Shown: positions 8,270-16,116 of the stretch, in pieces
How the letters are laid out: each line of letters starts with the position of its first letter
How positions within the stretch are numbered: the first letter of the stretch is position 1
Assembly (NCBI GenBank): GCA_963811005.1
Contig: CAWEPS010000043.1
Location: 1 to 18,600 of the forward strand
From: an uncultured bacterium
Lineage (GTDB): Bacteria > Babelota > Babeliae > Babelales > Vermiphilaceae
DNA: 18,600 nucleotides
Direction of reading: 5' to 3'
Made by a program: the position numbers and the translations under genes
Notes under the pieces: generated by a model
What the model saw: the letters and a program-made list of their open reading frames with translations, nothing else
Told to the model about the DNA's origin: nothing
The model's database searches: none

Positions 8270-9047
8270 ATGATCATGAAAACCTATAGATTATTTTTTT
8301 ATATAGTGATACATGGTTTGTGTGTGGCAAGCCAGCAGCCTATTATTAATGTTTCAGTGCATACGCACATGCCATCACCAGTAACAAAAATTGAGGCCCC
8401 ACAACCTGATGTTAAAACACAAGTACAACAATGCGCAAAAGAACAAGAACAACGCCTGCAGGATGCTTTTGATGATGCGTATGATTTATGTGTAAGGCAT
8501 GATCATTCTAATCTGCGATGGTGGCAATGTCCTCCTTCAAGGGATCAGTTATAAAGCGCAAGCAATTCAATCATTTAATGGCTATTTTGCATCGGCATTG
8601 TTGCGGCCTTCAGCTGCCTCATGCGCAGAGCTTATAGTCAAAACTGATACTTTGATTAAACAGCAGCATGCAAAAATTGCGCACTATGACGTAGCCGTCA
8701 TGCGCGCTCGCAATCAGGAACGCATGAGCCGATATCAAGGAATGTTGCGCTATTGGGGAGCAAAAGAGACTATCGATGTACAAGAGTTACAGGCATATTT
8801 GAAAGAATTTCCCACGCGCACAGCAGCAGCACAAGTTTTCTTTCAGTATAAGAAAAAAAGGAGACCGAAGATCCCGGTATAAAGTTGGCTAAAGGCGTTG
8901 GCTCTTTCATGGCCCAAGATACATTCTTAAGTCGTTTTATCAATAAAGAGCAAGAACGTGTTGCGCGGGCAAGCTCTCTGCTGCTAATCTATGAGCAACA
9001 AGCCTATGAGCGAAGAGCTCGATTATTGGATAGTATAAAAAAGTAGT
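8270..9047 (+). pseudogene. Signal-peptide protein of unknown function, apparently split over three + frames (two frameshifts)
   Basis: RBS AGGATGA, then MIMKTYRLFFYIVIHGLCVASQQ... (stop 8554). The overlapping next frame is open from 8496 to 8882 (...NGYFASALLRPSAASCAELIVKTDTLIKQQ...). A third frame continues 8884-9047 (KLAKGVGSFMAQDTFLSRFINKEQERVARASSLLLIYEQQAYERRARLLDSIKK*). The internal segments lack an RBS or start context, so one roughly 255-aa gene with two frame disruptions is the simplest reading. It could alternatively be 1-2 small genes. Confidence 0.35.
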
Positions 9048-9085
9048 TAATAATAAATGCATGCTCGTGTAAAAAAAGGAGAGGC

Positions 9086-9463
9086 ATGAAGTTCTGGTAC
9101 TGTATGATAGGTATCCTTATACCTACGCTAGCATATGGCAGTGCAAAAAGTCTGTTACCAGCAGGTATGCATATGGCGGCAACCATAACACTACGGTTGG
9201 ATGTTAAGGGCATGTATTGGCGATCTAATAAGGTTGATCCATCATCCCTTGCATTAGACATTCAGCTTGCCGATGATACGCGGCAGACGTGGTTGCTAAA
9301 ACTGTGCAATCCGTTGCAACCACCAGAGCTGAGTGCAGAACAACCTATGATCTATCATCTAGCACCATCACCAGTTACTATCACGTTAGCCGATGGTAGT
9401 TATTGTAAAGCTGTCGCAGAACGTTCAAAGATAGTTATTGCAGGACGCCTGTATAAAAAATGA
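9086..9463 (+). CDS. Small secreted protein of unknown function (125 aa)
   Basis: Strong RBS (AAAAAGGAGAGGC-ATG). Signal peptide MKFWYCMIGILIPTLAYG-SA. No recognisable motifs. Confidence 0.45.
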   Translation: MKFWYCMIGILIPTLAYGSAKSLLPAGMHMAATITLRLDVKGMYWRSNKVDPSSLALDIQLADDTRQTWLLKLCNPLQPPELSAEQPMIYHLAPSPVTITLADGSYCKAVAERSKIVIAGRLYKK

Positions 9464-9469
9464 GTTTGG

Positions 9470-10240
9470 CTATCGTTGATGTGCCAACTGCTCTTGATAC
9501 ACTGCGCGTGCTAACTCATCCAAATACAAGCTCATGGAAAAAGTGGGCTCTGCAGTTGGCCCACTGGATAAGATCGTAAATGTTTTGGGTAGCCGACTCT
9601 CTAGGATAGCGGTTTGCCGGCGGATAAATGGTTGGCCAGAAACTGCCAAGCAGGTACCAGGAGTTGGCTGTGTAGCGCGCCATGCAAGGACAGTATCATC
9701 AGTTGTTGGTCGGCGTATACCATCGGCAGTTGGGATCATGGCAACATCAATAACGGTATACGGATACTGGGCAAGAGCTGATGTTGTATAGACCTGGCGC
9801 ATAGCATCTGCTTCAGTAATGCCATGCATGCGGGCAGGCACACAATCAGGCAGTGGCAGCGAGCTTGTCAGTAGCACACACTGTTTAATCTGCAGGTGTG
9901 GCAAGAATTTAGTGAGGTAGTGCAGGTGACTGCCCACATCAATCGATACAAAACCAAAAATAAGGGCATAGTCATAGCTGAGCGATTGTGGTTGGATGGC
10001 ATCAACAAAACCCAGAGTTTGTAGATGGGGCAACAATAAGGTTCGCTTATCTTCATACAAATCCGGGTTAACATCCCATCGTTCTTGATTTTTTTTACGC
10101 AGAAGATGCTCTTGTGTTTTTGCAATAATGTCGGTTATTGTAGCATTATGTTTAATGCCGAGAATATCAAGAATGGCAAGCAGTGGATTGGCCGGCACAT
10201 TGTTATAATCAAAGAGGGGATAGAACATAATGATAATCAA
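9470..10240 (-). CDS. Hypothetical cytoplasmic protein (256 aa from TTG at 10240, or 252 aa from ATG at 10228), likely co-transcribed downstream of the AlaX gene
   Basis: Intact ORF beginning about 20 nt after the AlaX stop on the same strand. No signal peptide. I could not match it to a family; a tentative DUF218/YdcF-like idea was rejected because the motif order is wrong. Confidence 0.45.
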   Translation of the reverse strand: MIIIMFYPLFDYNNVPANPLLAILDILGIKHNATITDIIAKTQEHLLRKKNQERWDVNPDLYEDKRTLLLPHLQTLGFVDAIQPQSLSYDYALIFGFVSIDVGSHLHYLTKFLPHLQIKQCVLLTSSLPLPDCVPARMHGITEADAMRQVYTTSALAQYPYTVIDVAMIPTADGIRRPTTDDTVLAWRATQPTPGTCLAVSGQPFIRRQTAILESRLPKTFTILSSGPTAEPTFSMSLYLDELARAVYQEQLAHQR

Positions 10241-10260
10241 CTTTGCTTTATGGTTAATTT

Positions 10261-10989
10261 TTAGCTAACAACATCATACCCAACGCGGATATTGGGGCCT
10301 TCTTGTTTTATCTTACGTATGGTCATCTGTTTGATATCACGCAGATTGGCAACATGAGTGCCGCCACAGGGAACACCAAAATCACCATACATAACAACAC
10401 GCGTTGGTTTGCCAGCAGGTAGATAGTCAGGAACGTGGGGGCATACTTTGGCCATCTCCTCTTTGCTCATAAAGATAAGGCCTGTCTCGTGCCCCTCTTG
10501 TATAAATTTTGAGCACAGCTGCTCGATATCATGCTTAAGCTTTTCTTTATCAAGTCCTTGCAAGGATCCAGCATATTCAACGTATGGACCTTCAGGGAAA
10601 TGATACCCTTTACCAGGAGTCCATGGCAAAGCAAGTGCAGTCACTGCCATGTCTACTACATGCCCACCAGAATGTAATCTGCTATGCAAGATGCGGCGCT
10701 CCTTATCCACGATGCAGGTAACGGTATCACCTGTATGGAATGTGCCATGCTCAAAAGTACCATAATGTTTTACGATGCCATCTACAAATCGTACCTCTTC
10801 AACTATAAACTTTGCTGCGGCATTTTCTATAATGCCCTTATCGTAGGGTTGGCCACCACCTTGTGGATAGAAAATTGTTGTATCCAGGATAACGATGGTG
10901 CGGCCTTGTTCTTGTAGAACGGCAAGAATAGTTGCCTTGCTGGTCAGTAAGGTGAAGTCTTCTAGATAAAGCAAGTGGGTTGGTTGCAT
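10261..10989 (-). CDS. alaX: AlaX-M type alanyl-tRNA editing protein (AlaRS editing-domain homolog, trans-editing Ser/Gly-tRNA(Ala) deacylase)
   Basis: 242 aa with the two zinc-binding motifs of the AlaRS/ThrRS editing domain: HSRLHSGGH (HxxxH) and CGGTHV (CxxxH). The N-terminal beta-barrel-like region (QGRTIVILDTTIFYPQGGGQPYDKG) is typical of AlaX-M. Confidence 0.8.
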   Translation of the reverse strand: MQPTHLLYLEDFTLLTSKATILAVLQEQGRTIVILDTTIFYPQGGGQPYDKGIIENAAAKFIVEEVRFVDGIVKHYGTFEHGTFHTGDTVTCIVDKERRILHSRLHSGGHVVDMAVTALALPWTPGKGYHFPEGPYVEYAGSLQGLDKEKLKHDIEQLCSKFIQEGHETGLIFMSKEEMAKVCPHVPDYLPAGKPTRVVMYGDFGVPCGGTHVANLRDIKQMTIRKIKQEGPNIRVGYDVVS

Positions 10990-11147
10990 AGATAGCTCCT
11001 CTGCTAGAGGTTACAATACGTGAAATATCGTAAGTATAGATAGGTAGTGTGCTTTTGCAAATTCAACAACCAAAGATGTTCTGCCCCATAATTTTAGTGT
11101 ATCATCATCGGTTATGATATAAAAAATTATTACAAAGGATTGCGGCG

Positions 11148-12857
11148 ATGACTAAGTTTGTGGTTGTGGTTGGTGGGGTTATTTCTGGTGTGGGCAAAGG
11201 TGTAACAACTGCAGCATTAGGAAAAATTTTAAAAGAACATGGCTACACAACAACGCTCATCAAAATTGATCCCTATCTTAATTATGATGCAGGGACCTTG
11301 CGCCCTACTGAGCATGGTGAAGTGTGGGTAACTGATGATGGTGGCGAAATTGACCAGGATCTAGGCACCTACGAGCGATTCCTTGATGAAGATATCCCTA
11401 AATGCAACAACATCACTACTGGCCAAATTTATAAGGCGGTACTTGATCGTGAGCGGCGTGGTGACTATCTTGGGCAGACGGTGCAATGTATCCCGCACAT
11501 TCCTGATGAAATTGTCCGCAGAATTAAACAAGCATCCGATGGTTATGATATAGCAATCATAGAAATTGGTGGTGTTGTTGGTGATTATGAAAATAAACCA
11601 TTTTTGTTTGCTATGCGCTCATTAGAGCGTCAGATTGGAGCTTCAAATATGGCCTATATCTTAGTTGCCTATCTGCCTATTCCAAGCCATCTTGAAGAGA
11701 TGAAAACTAAGCCTGCCCAACAAGCAGTCAAATTACTCAATGAAGAGGGTATTAGTCCCGATTTTATTATTTGCCGTGCAAAATATCCTCTTGATGAGGT
11801 GCGCAAACGTAAAATAGAATTATATGCCACCATAGATTCTGATCATGTTATTTCTGCACCAGATATTCACACTATTTATCAAATTCCTCTTGATTTGGAA
11901 CTAGAAAATATGGGTGTTAAGGTACTCAAAAAGCTTGGCTTGTCATCACGGCATACACCTGATTGGAGCCGATGGCAGCAGTTGGTTACCAGCATAAAAA
12001 AACCACACAAGCGCATTACTATCGCTATTGTAGGTAAATATTTTGATGTGGGTGATTTTAGTTTAACGGATAGTTACTTGAGTATTTACCAAGCATTAAT
12101 TCACGCCAGTGCCGAGTGTGATGCTGGTGTCACCATACAATGGATTGATGCTAAAACCTTTGAGGCTGACCCTGCACAGCTACAACGACTTGATGCATGT
12201 CATGGTGTTATTATTCCTGGAGGGTTTGGCGCATCGGGTGTGGAAGGCAAAATTGCTGCCATTTCGTATGTTCGCACCCATGCGATACCCTATCTTGGCA
12301 TTTGTTATGGCATGCAGCTGGCCGCGGTTGAATATGCACGCACTGTATGCGGATTAGTAGGAGCACATACGGCAGAAGTTGATGCGACTACGCCACATCC
12401 TATTATTGATCTACTCGTAACACAAAAGTTAGTGATGGATAATCAAGATTATGGTGGCACTATGCGGCTTGGTGCCTATTCAGCTGTTGTTACCCCAGGC
12501 AGCCTGGTAGAGCGCTTGTATAGAGCAGCCGGGCGATTACATGAAGGGAATATGGTGTTTGAACGACACAGGCATCGATATGAAGTTAATCCCGCATATG
12601 TAGCATTGCTTGAATCACAAGGGTTACACTTTTCTGGGTATCATGCAAGCTCGGGTGGGGTCAAATTGATGGAGTTTTTAGAGGTGCCACAGCATCCATT
12701 CTTTGTTGCAACACAAGCGCATCCTGAATTTAAAAGTAGGTTGGGCAATCCAAATCCACTATTTTTTGGCTTTGTGCAGGCAGCGATTGAGCGATCCATG
12801 CAACCGTATTATTGTGAACAACCTCAAGTCCAGCAGCGTGATATTCAAGCACTTTAG
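11148..12857 (+). CDS. pyrG: CTP synthase (glutamine-hydrolysing)
   Basis: 569 aa, intact. N-terminal synthetase domain (FVVVVGGVISGVGKG, KIDPYLNYDAGT, GEVWVTDDGGEIDQDLGTYERF, ERRGDYLGQTVQCIPHI). C-terminal class-I glutamine amidotransferase domain (GVIIPGGFGASG, catalytic GICYGMQ, RHRHRYEVN, HPEF). It carries a C-terminal extension of about 20 aa (ERSMQPYYCEQPQVQQRDIQAL) compared with typical PyrG. Confidence 0.95.
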   Translation: MTKFVVVVGGVISGVGKGVTTAALGKILKEHGYTTTLIKIDPYLNYDAGTLRPTEHGEVWVTDDGGEIDQDLGTYERFLDEDIPKCNNITTGQIYKAVLDRERRGDYLGQTVQCIPHIPDEIVRRIKQASDGYDIAIIEIGGVVGDYENKPFLFAMRSLERQIGASNMAYILVAYLPIPSHLEEMKTKPAQQAVKLLNEEGISPDFIICRAKYPLDEVRKRKIELYATIDSDHVISAPDIHTIYQIPLDLELENMGVKVLKKLGLSSRHTPDWSRWQQLVTSIKKPHKRITIAIVGKYFDVGDFSLTDSYLSIYQALIHASAECDAGVTIQWIDAKTFEADPAQLQRLDACHGVIIPGGFGASGVEGKIAAISYVRTHAIPYLGICYGMQLAAVEYARTVCGLVGAHTAEVDATTPHPIIDLLVTQKLVMDNQDYGGTMRLGAYSAVVTPGSLVERLYRAAGRLHEGNMVFERHRHRYEVNPAYVALLESQGLHFSGYHASSGGVKLMEFLEVPQHPFFVATQAHPEFKSRLGNPNPLFFGFVQAAIERSMQPYYCEQPQVQQRDIQAL

Positions 12858-13821
12858 TAGGACGTGATATCCAATTAATGAGGGTTTGCTCACGGAATAT
12901 AATGCCGCTATCGCATGCAGCCAGATACTGACATACCTGAGCATGCGGTACTGTAATGACCGTATAGCTGTGTGGGCTAAGCTGTGCGTTATCGATTAAT
13001 ACTTTAAACGCCGAGCAGTTCTGCGTGATGATCAGTAAAAATGAATCAGGGTTATTGTGTATCTGATGTTTGAAAAATGTTATTACTTTTTCAGGGCATT
13101 GCCATGCTTTGACAGAACCACTATAACAGTAGACGTGCGTGGTTGGTTTGATCATAAGTTGTTGCCGTATCTCATGGCGCCATTGTATGCGCATACGTGC
13201 ATCAAGGGGCTTTGGTATATCATGGTGGGCTACAATCACAGCAGACGCAGGAGCATGATAAGTATCTAGAATGTAATCCTTAAGCGCACTGCTTACTGCT
13301 TCTAGATTTGTATGCTCATTCGACGATGCATAGACCAATCGTTCAAGCCGTGCATACTGCCAGACGCGCAGGTGATGCCACCATCGTATGAGCAATGAGC
13401 CGCTTGCTGCATGAGCATACTGATATTCAGCTGCTAATAAACCGCGTACTTGAATGGTGATGGGTATATGATTTTTTTTTCGCCCATAGAGACACACAGC
13501 TCCTGCGAGCGGTCCACGGGCAATAATGCGCAAGCATTCATCCAGCGCAAGGTGTTTACGTAATTGATAGGCACCATAATAGATGCTGCATATGCCCATA
13601 AAGGGCAGTTGTTTGATAATGATAATGCGCAGGCGGGAATGGAGTGATTTGAGCGTTTTTAATTGTTCAGATGTTAACGTTTGCCGTTCATACGACACTA
13701 AAATTGCTGTACGCGCATTATCGTGTTCAAGATATGCCAGCAATGGCTGCACAACTTGTGATGCAAATACTGAGTTAGTACTGCTATCATAGATAACAAA
13801 CACTAATGGTTTTTGCTGCAT
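12730..13821 (-). CDS. GT-B fold glycosyltransferase (GT4-like family)
   Basis: 363 aa. C-terminal ISRPTKVLEYHAAGLEVV matches the E-x7-E region of retaining GT4 enzymes (..PTKVLEAMAAGLPVV). The N-terminal PLVFVIYDSS...VFASQVVQPLLAYLEHDNARTAILV resembles the first Rossmann half. The 3' end overlaps the pyrG 3' end by 128 nt (convergent). It contains an A9 tract (13472-13480). Confidence 0.5.
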   Translation of the reverse strand: MQQKPLVFVIYDSSTNSVFASQVVQPLLAYLEHDNARTAILVSYERQTLTSEQLKTLKSLHSRLRIIIIKQLPFMGICSIYYGAYQLRKHLALDECLRIIARGPLAGAVCLYGRKKNHIPITIQVRGLLAAEYQYAHAASGSLLIRWWHHLRVWQYARLERLVYASSNEHTNLEAVSSALKDYILDTYHAPASAVIVAHHDIPKPLDARMRIQWRHEIRQQLMIKPTTHVYCYSGSVKAWQCPEKVITFFKHQIHNNPDSFLLIITQNCSAFKVLIDNAQLSPHSYTVITVPHAQVCQYLAACDSGIIFREQTLINWISRPTKVLEYHAAGLEVVHNNTVAWIAQSLPAQSQKIVDLDCPTYF

Positions 13822-13827
13822 GCGCTC

Positions 13828-14376
13828 TTATTTGCCATCACACAGGCAGAGATTGCGCGTCTGCTCAAGCAGCTCGCGTGACTGTTCAAAAAGTCGCCGT
13901 TCTTTAATGAAATCATAATCAATAATTAATAATTCTTGCAGGGTGCGCAAATCATTAACAAATTTATGCGCATCTTCTGACCAGAACATAAACCATGCTG
14001 CTTTTTTCAAGCGGCTCAATGCCTTATCCAATTCAAGTTTATACCATAACAGTGGATAATTCTTATAGGTAGGTGTGGTGATGTAATAGGCATTGCAATA
14101 GTTGTTATGAGCGCGCAAGGCTTCTTGTTTTAACTCTTTAAGCTGCACCGCTTGCGATGCGTGCGTGTGTATAATGGCGCGTGCAAAATTAAACTGCTCT
14201 ACAGCTTTTTTATACACCCATTCACTATAACTGAGTCCAATTAAATAACCGGTCGCGCTTATGCATATGCCGGTAGCAAGAGCCTCATTAGAAATAGCAT
14301 GCGCAGGTGAACTTCGCAATCCGAGTGCAAGTAAGCTAGCGCATATAACTATGCGTGTTTTGTGTGAGCTTATCAT
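13828..14376 (-). CDS. Secreted protein of unknown function (182 aa), translationally coupled upstream of the glycosyltransferase
   Basis: RBS AAAGGAT 5 nt before the ATG at 14376. Signal peptide MISSHKTRIVICASLLALGLRSSPAHA. Its stop lies 6 nt before the GT start codon. Confidence 0.5.
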   Translation of the reverse strand: MISSHKTRIVICASLLALGLRSSPAHAISNEALATGICISATGYLIGLSYSEWVYKKAVEQFNFARAIIHTHASQAVQLKELKQEALRAHNNYCNAYYITTPTYKNYPLLWYKLELDKALSRLKKAAWFMFWSEDAHKFVNDLRTLQELLIIDYDFIKERRLFEQSRELLEQTRNLCLCDGK

Positions 14377-14388
14377 GACGATCCTTTC

Positions 14389-14424
14389 TGCAAAAAGAGG
14401 GTTGAAGCTACTTCAACCCTCTTT
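14389..14424 (-). terminator. Strong rho-independent terminator (minus-strand orientation) between the two halves of the secreted-protein/GT cluster
   Basis: AAAGAGGGTTGAAG-cta-CTTCAACCCTCTTT is a perfect 14-bp stem with a 3-nt loop. It is followed by TTTTT on the minus strand, about 25 nt after the stop of gene 14451-15191. Confidence 0.7.
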
Positions 14425-14450
14425 GATCTTAAATGTTGCTCGCTCATGCA

Positions 14451-15191
14451 TTAATTAGTAGAACGTTTTTGTTCATTAGCTACAAATTGAAACCCATTCG
14501 TTTTTAATAATTGGACGGCGCTAGCAATAGTCTGCGGTTGCGCAGCAGGCGCAGGTGAATTTGTATTTCGTCCCAGCATGCGATTAAAGTATCTATTGCC
14601 CACTAGAGCACCAGCAACTACAATGCCCACTTTAACAAATGGCATGGTGCGTTGATTGAATTTGCTACCCTTGTGGAATGGAGATGATGGTTTTAAATAG
14701 GGAATCAAAAACTGCTTACCATCTTTTGTTAAAAGCGGCATACCATCAACAGCCAAGACTGCATGTTGTTCAAAGCCCTTATCTTTAATCACGGTGCGCA
14801 AGAGAACTTCTTTCGGATGATTCCAGAAATAATTTAAAAATGCACGGGGATTGTGAGTAGCGCAGGGGATTCTTTTTTTTGCATTATCAAGACGTTGCTT
14901 TATGATACAGCGCAATTCAGCTTCAGTTTTTTGTGGTATCAGTTCAGCAAGGCTTGGATTGCCATCTCTATCTTTTTCAAAGAGAGCGATACCCGCCAAT
15001 CTGTGAGGACACACTCTATTTAATACACCGTCAGTTACGTTGCTTGCAACATATCCCACAGCTCGTTCAACTTCAGATGCGCCAGCAGCGCCCACAAGCA
15101 TTCCGGCTATATCTTGTGCGGTTGCTGACAATTGTGTTGCTTGCAGGGTAACAATTGCAATAAGCAGTCTTGTTTTTGTATATCTATTCAT
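14451..15191 (-). CDS. Secreted protein of unknown function (246 aa); apparent paralog of the upstream frameshifted gene
   Basis: ATG at 15191. Signal peptide MNRYTKTRLLIAIVTLQATQLSATA. The segment LFEKDRDGNPSLAELIPQKTEAELRCIIKQRLDNAKKRIP resembles FPFDGKNRYNVDELKQACKEIVQGKNTKKNLEIV of the neighbouring gene. Both end in a Pro/Ala-rich tail (NSPAPAAQPQ vs NSAPAPKAK). Contains an A8 tract at 14873-14880. Confidence 0.5.
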   Translation of the reverse strand: MNRYTKTRLLIAIVTLQATQLSATAQDIAGMLVGAAGASEVERAVGYVASNVTDGVLNRVCPHRLAGIALFEKDRDGNPSLAELIPQKTEAELRCIIKQRLDNAKKRIPCATHNPRAFLNYFWNHPKEVLLRTVIKDKGFEQHAVLAVDGMPLLTKDGKQFLIPYLKPSSPFHKGSKFNQRTMPFVKVGIVVAGALVGNRYFNRMLGRNTNSPAPAAQPQTIASAVQLLKTNGFQFVANEQKRSTN

Positions 15192-15234
15192 ACTAATATC
15201 TCATTAAAAAATCATTGTGATGTTGATCTAGTTT

Positions 15235-15842
15235 TTATTTTGCTTTTGGTGCGGGTGCAGAATTTTTTTCTGCAAACTTTTTTAAAGTTTCCCAGCTGTT
15301 AGGTCTATTATTTGCGCCTTCCATAAATGTTTCATGGCCTTTGCTAACTACCACATATAACGCACAAGCTCTGCCAAAAGATTCACCAGTGTTTTTGATA
15401 GGCTCTACCAAATCACTGATCCAGCCAAAGATTCCGCGTGATTCAACAAATGGGATTTCATGTAAGCCGGTTTTATCATTAAAGCGCGGTGAGCCAACTT
15501 TGCTTGCGTGACCGCAGAGACCATCAATGTAGAGATAATAGAGATTTTTGCGTACAATTTCCAAATTCTTCTTGGTGTTTTTACCCTGCACAATTTCTTT
15601 GCATGCTTGTTTTAATTCATCTACATTGTAACGATTTTTGCCGTCGAATGGAAATGCATCCAATGTTGCCAGAGTGAGATCACAAGCGGAACGAGCACGG
15701 CATATGCTGCATAATTTGTTTTAGCGGCAGGAGGAGTAACTGAATTAGCGGCGCTTTGTGATGCGCGAGAAGTTGCTGTAGAAAGCATTATTCCGATCAT
15801 CGCTAATGCAAGAGTAAAATTATTTTTTTTGGTAAATTGCAT
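15235..15842 (-). pseudogene. Secreted protein, paralog of 14451-15191, with a frameshift separating the signal peptide from the mature domain
   Basis: ATG at 15842 (MQFTKKNNFTLALAMIGIMLSTATSRASQSAANSVTPPAAKTNYAAYA..., classic signal peptide) runs into a stop at about 15621. The mature domain (..LATLDAFPFDGKNRYNVDELKQACKEIV...GANNRPNSWETLKKFAEKNSAPAPKAK*) is open only in the -1 frame from about 15735 to 15235. The ORF track lists it as 15235-15663 starting at a TTG. An A8 tract lies right after the start codon (15823-15830). Confidence 0.45.
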
Positions 15843-16116
15843 AAGATGAGTACCTTTCGTTTGGTGAAAAAAGTTATATGCAGAATTCAATTGTTTAAAA
15901 AATATATTCATTACAAGAGTAAATCCTGCAATAATATTGTCAATGTAAACGTATGTGTGATGGAGCATGCGCACATTATTTTTTTGTATGCGTAGAAAAT
16001 TGTTTTGTTGTTGCATGCACGTGTTATTCACCAAAACTATGCAAATTTCTTGTGCTACAGATTTTAGTATGTATACACTAATCTTTGCTTATATATACTT
16101 ACTAAGGAGTCATGGC

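Noticed and set aside
9470-10240. Assignment of the 256-aa protein to the DUF218/YdcF (ElyC/SanA) family
   Set aside because: A few local resemblances (VLLTSS, GITEADAM) occur in the wrong order relative to the DUF218 motif order as I remember it, so I leave it unassigned.
15843-16034. Upstream extension of ORF 15621-16034 (MVNNTCMQQQNN...) as the real start of the secreted gene
   Set aside because: The convincing signal peptide begins at the ATG at 15842 (MQFTKKNNFTLALAMIGIM). The upstream part is intergenic-looking AT-rich sequence without a start context.
15967-16116. Long N-terminal extension of the PEBP ORF (MRTLFFCMRRKLFCCCMHVLF...) given by the ORF track
   Set aside because: It has no RBS and an odd Cys/Phe-rich composition in an AT-rich divergent promoter region. 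Two well-supported SD/ATG pairs lie downstream at 16117 and 16186.
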